A DNA stretch of 63,919 nucleotides, the filler included, from Piptocephalis cylindrospora (lineage: Eukaryota), in the NCBI GenBank assembly GCA_003614145.1. It is 3 parts of 3 records of this genome, joined end to end, with 100 filler letters (N's around TTAATTAATTAA, not from the genome) between each part and the next. Parts side by side here need not be neighbours in the genome. Positions count along the whole stretch, not along the records: positions 44,508 to 63,919 come from KZ987821.1; 2 more parts are not named here. One strand, 5' to 3'. Positions 61,636 to 63,919 of this stretch are shown piece by piece. The stretch's first letter is position 1. Each line of letters starts with the position of its first letter. Below the pieces are notes generated by a model that saw nothing but the letters and a program-made list of their open reading frames with translations, made no database searches and was not told where the DNA came from. Made by a program: the position numbers and the translations under genes.

Positions 61636-63919
61636 TCACCCATCCAAGCCACCACCGATACGCAGAATGGACCTGAGAGACGCGGTCCACTCCTCGGGAT
61701 TGGAGGAGGCTCCGGAGCCTTGGGTGGTGGAGGAGGATGGGGAAGGGGCGGTCATGGAGGCTGAGAGACCCCGAGCTACCGGGGGGGACGGACCCCCAGA
61801 AGTAAAGCCAGGGGAGGAAGCAGCGGTATCGACAGCACGGAGCATCCTGAGAAGATGTTGCTCGGATGCGTTGATCTCCTCGGCCGGGATGGTGGCCATG
61901 ACCGAGGAGCTAGGCGGGAGGGCAGGAGCGCTATGGCCACCGCCCAAAGCACCAACACTCCCGCTCATCATCATACCAGGCAGGGTCATGGAGGAGGGAG
62001 GAAGACCTCCTCCAATGCCATTCCCTCCCATCAACATGGTCAACCGTGGATCCTCAGCCATCCCTTGAAGTGAGGGAGAGATGTAAGGAGAGGAGTTGGC
62101 AGAACGAGGGATCGTCCCACCGAGGACAGATGCAGAGGAAGTGGGAGGGAATCCAGGGTTGGCCATGCCGCCCCCAAGGGAAAAGGAGCTACTGGCCTTG
62201 TGAAGGTTAGTGCGAGGGGAGGTCCTCTCCTGCCTTGGAGGATGAGAATCAGAAAGGATGGTCTGAGTAGTGTCCAACCCCCTCATGACCGGGGAAATCC
62301 TTCCAGTATTGGTGGTACCAATCGTGGATGTCACCGTTGATCCCTGGCCATGGGTAACCTCGGCGCCAGGAGTAAAGACGGGGATGGGCAGGGAGGAGGG
62401 GGCAGGGGAGTTATGAAAGTCGGGACCGGCATAAGCTGGTTCGGCCACACCTCCAGTCGAGCCAGATGGACGGCCATGAGCACTGGGAACAGTGGTGGTG
62501 GTGGCCATGGTGGTTCGCTGGGCCGTCTGCTTCCCAACCCCGGGTGCAGCCATAGGATATGGCCCACCCTGGGTTTGATGAGGAGGGGGAGGGGCAGCAG
62601 GATGATGAGGATGCCTAGAGGGGTGCATCATCATGGAGGGCTGGCCGATCATGGCAGGATGAGGAGGATACCCGTGGTTGGGAGGAGGAGGAGGAGGAGG
62701 GAGAGAGGTGACAGACCCATGAGGATGCCCTCCGTACCCCTGGAATCCAGGGGCATACCCCTCAGCGGGTAAATAAGGATATTGGCCGTGGCCGAGATGG
62801 TTGGAGGGGATGCCAGACACCGGGTCCAGAGTAATGATATGCTTGTTGGCATCCATGGACGACATGGTATCAAGAATGGCGCTTGATGAGGTAACGCCGA
62901 TGGCGGCATCAGGGGAGGGAGGGAAGTGAACATGAGGGTAGCTGTGACTCGGAAAGTTGCTCGAGGGAGGAGGAGGGGGAGGGGCCCTACCCGAGGGGGA
63001 ATGGCCTGAGGGTCCGGTGGAGGTGGGGGAATTGGCCTTTCCTTGCCCACGAGGGACGACGGTACTCGAGGAAGAAAAAGGGGTAGGATGGGATTTCGGG
63101 GTCATGGGCTGTTCCACTTCCGAAGTCTCCTCACTCTCACTTCCGCCACCGCTCCCTCCTCCTCCGACGGCGACAGAGGAAGGAAGGATCTTGGACTGAT
63201 TGGACGAATGAGAGGTAGATGCTTTGCCCGAGAGAGTAGATTTGGAGGATTTGGAGGTGGCCGTTGCGGAGGGAGAGGACTTGCCTCCCCGCCTCCTACC
63301 GCTCACATTGCCTTGAACCTTGACCGAAGCATTGGTCTGGGAGGAGGAGGGAGAGGAGGAGACGGGGGCCACTCGACGATCGGATCGACGATTGGCGCCA
63401 CTACCAGTACCACCCCCCCCCCCTGTTGCTTCTTCCGTCGATGAGTGGCATTAGGAGGTTGGCTTCCTTCATTGGGGGGACCTTCAGTGGAAATAGGAGT
63501 GGGATTTGAGGAGGAGGAGGAGGATACCCCACTCTTCCTAACTCCTGGCCCGCCACTACCCTTTCCAGATCTTCCTCCACCTGTCTTGGTGGAACGATCT
63601 GCGCCCGTGGTGTTAGAGGAAGAGGTCAAGGATTTGGCAGTGATCTTGGATGAGCCCTGGGATGAAGAGGGAGCGGCGGGTGGAGGGGCCTGGCCACGCT
63701 TAAGGATAGTGACTGAGGGAGGAGAAGCTTGATTACCCGTGGTACTAGCGCCACCACTGGTGGTAGGAGACCGAGCACTTGACCGACCCGTCTTTTTTCC
63801 CGGGGCAGACTTGGGGGAGGATCCGGGATGAGAGGAGCCCGGTTTATTCGATGCAACAGAGGAAGATCTGGGCCCAGGGGATGGGGATGCAGAGGGGGAA
63901 GGAGAAGGGGAAGGGCCAT
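61636..63919 (-). CDS. Disordered Ser/Pro/Gly-rich protein with Edc1/PNRC2-type decapping-activator motif; 5' part outside the window; frameshift at G11 run
   Basis: YAGPDFHNSPAPSSLPIPVF motif and C-terminal leucine-rich helices SEQHLLRMLR and TASLRSILRIG. Reading continues upstream through the 63303-63629 frame to the window edge if the homopolymer at 63413-63423 is corrected. Confidence 0.75.

Noticed and set aside
1..63919. tRNA, rRNA or snoRNA genes
   Set aside because: None recognised by eye; tRNAscan-SE and Infernal would be needed to exclude them.

Overview
Eukaryotic, intron-containing fungal DNA. The compact gene spacing, short GT-AG introns, a 6-pyruvoyl-tetrahydropterin synthase and an MT-A70 gene of the 6mA-complex type point to an early-diverging fungus, possibly a zoopagomycotan mycoparasite (inference only). 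Two N-gaps with an artificial TTAATTAATTAA linker (22218-22317, 44408-44507) split the window into three blocks. Block 1 is rich in secreted or surface genes: a multicopper oxidase, a ricin-B-like protein, a decayed secreted gene, a signal peptide + 7TM receptor, plus a scramblase and a LINE relic. The main find is in block 1 and is largely missed by the ORF track: two tandem, highly diverged paralogous genes for secreted proteins built from about 20 and about 25 very short exons (11580-15060; 17903-~22160). They share the intron-phase series 1,1,0,1,0,0,0..., and from exon 6 onward a long run of exons (to the end of A; through exon 23 of B) are phase-0 whole-codon modules, which resembles schistosome micro-exon genes. 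Blocks 2-3 are mostly housekeeping: CCR4/NGL nuclease, 7TM-RGS, PTS, PPT2, complex I B8, Mak31, GLY1, PQ-loop transporter, YIH1, MTA9-like MT-A70, two small MGC Cys-rich paralogs, CAC2, MRPL20, HUS1, FLVCR-like MFS, SOG2-like, NOP56, two PPR-like genes, type II NADH dehydrogenase and an Edc1/PNRC2-like protein. A 4-copy repeat array lies at 31568-31826. Three conserved genes are frameshifted at C/G homopolymers, probably assembly errors. All gene models were parsed by eye and have no transcript or database support.
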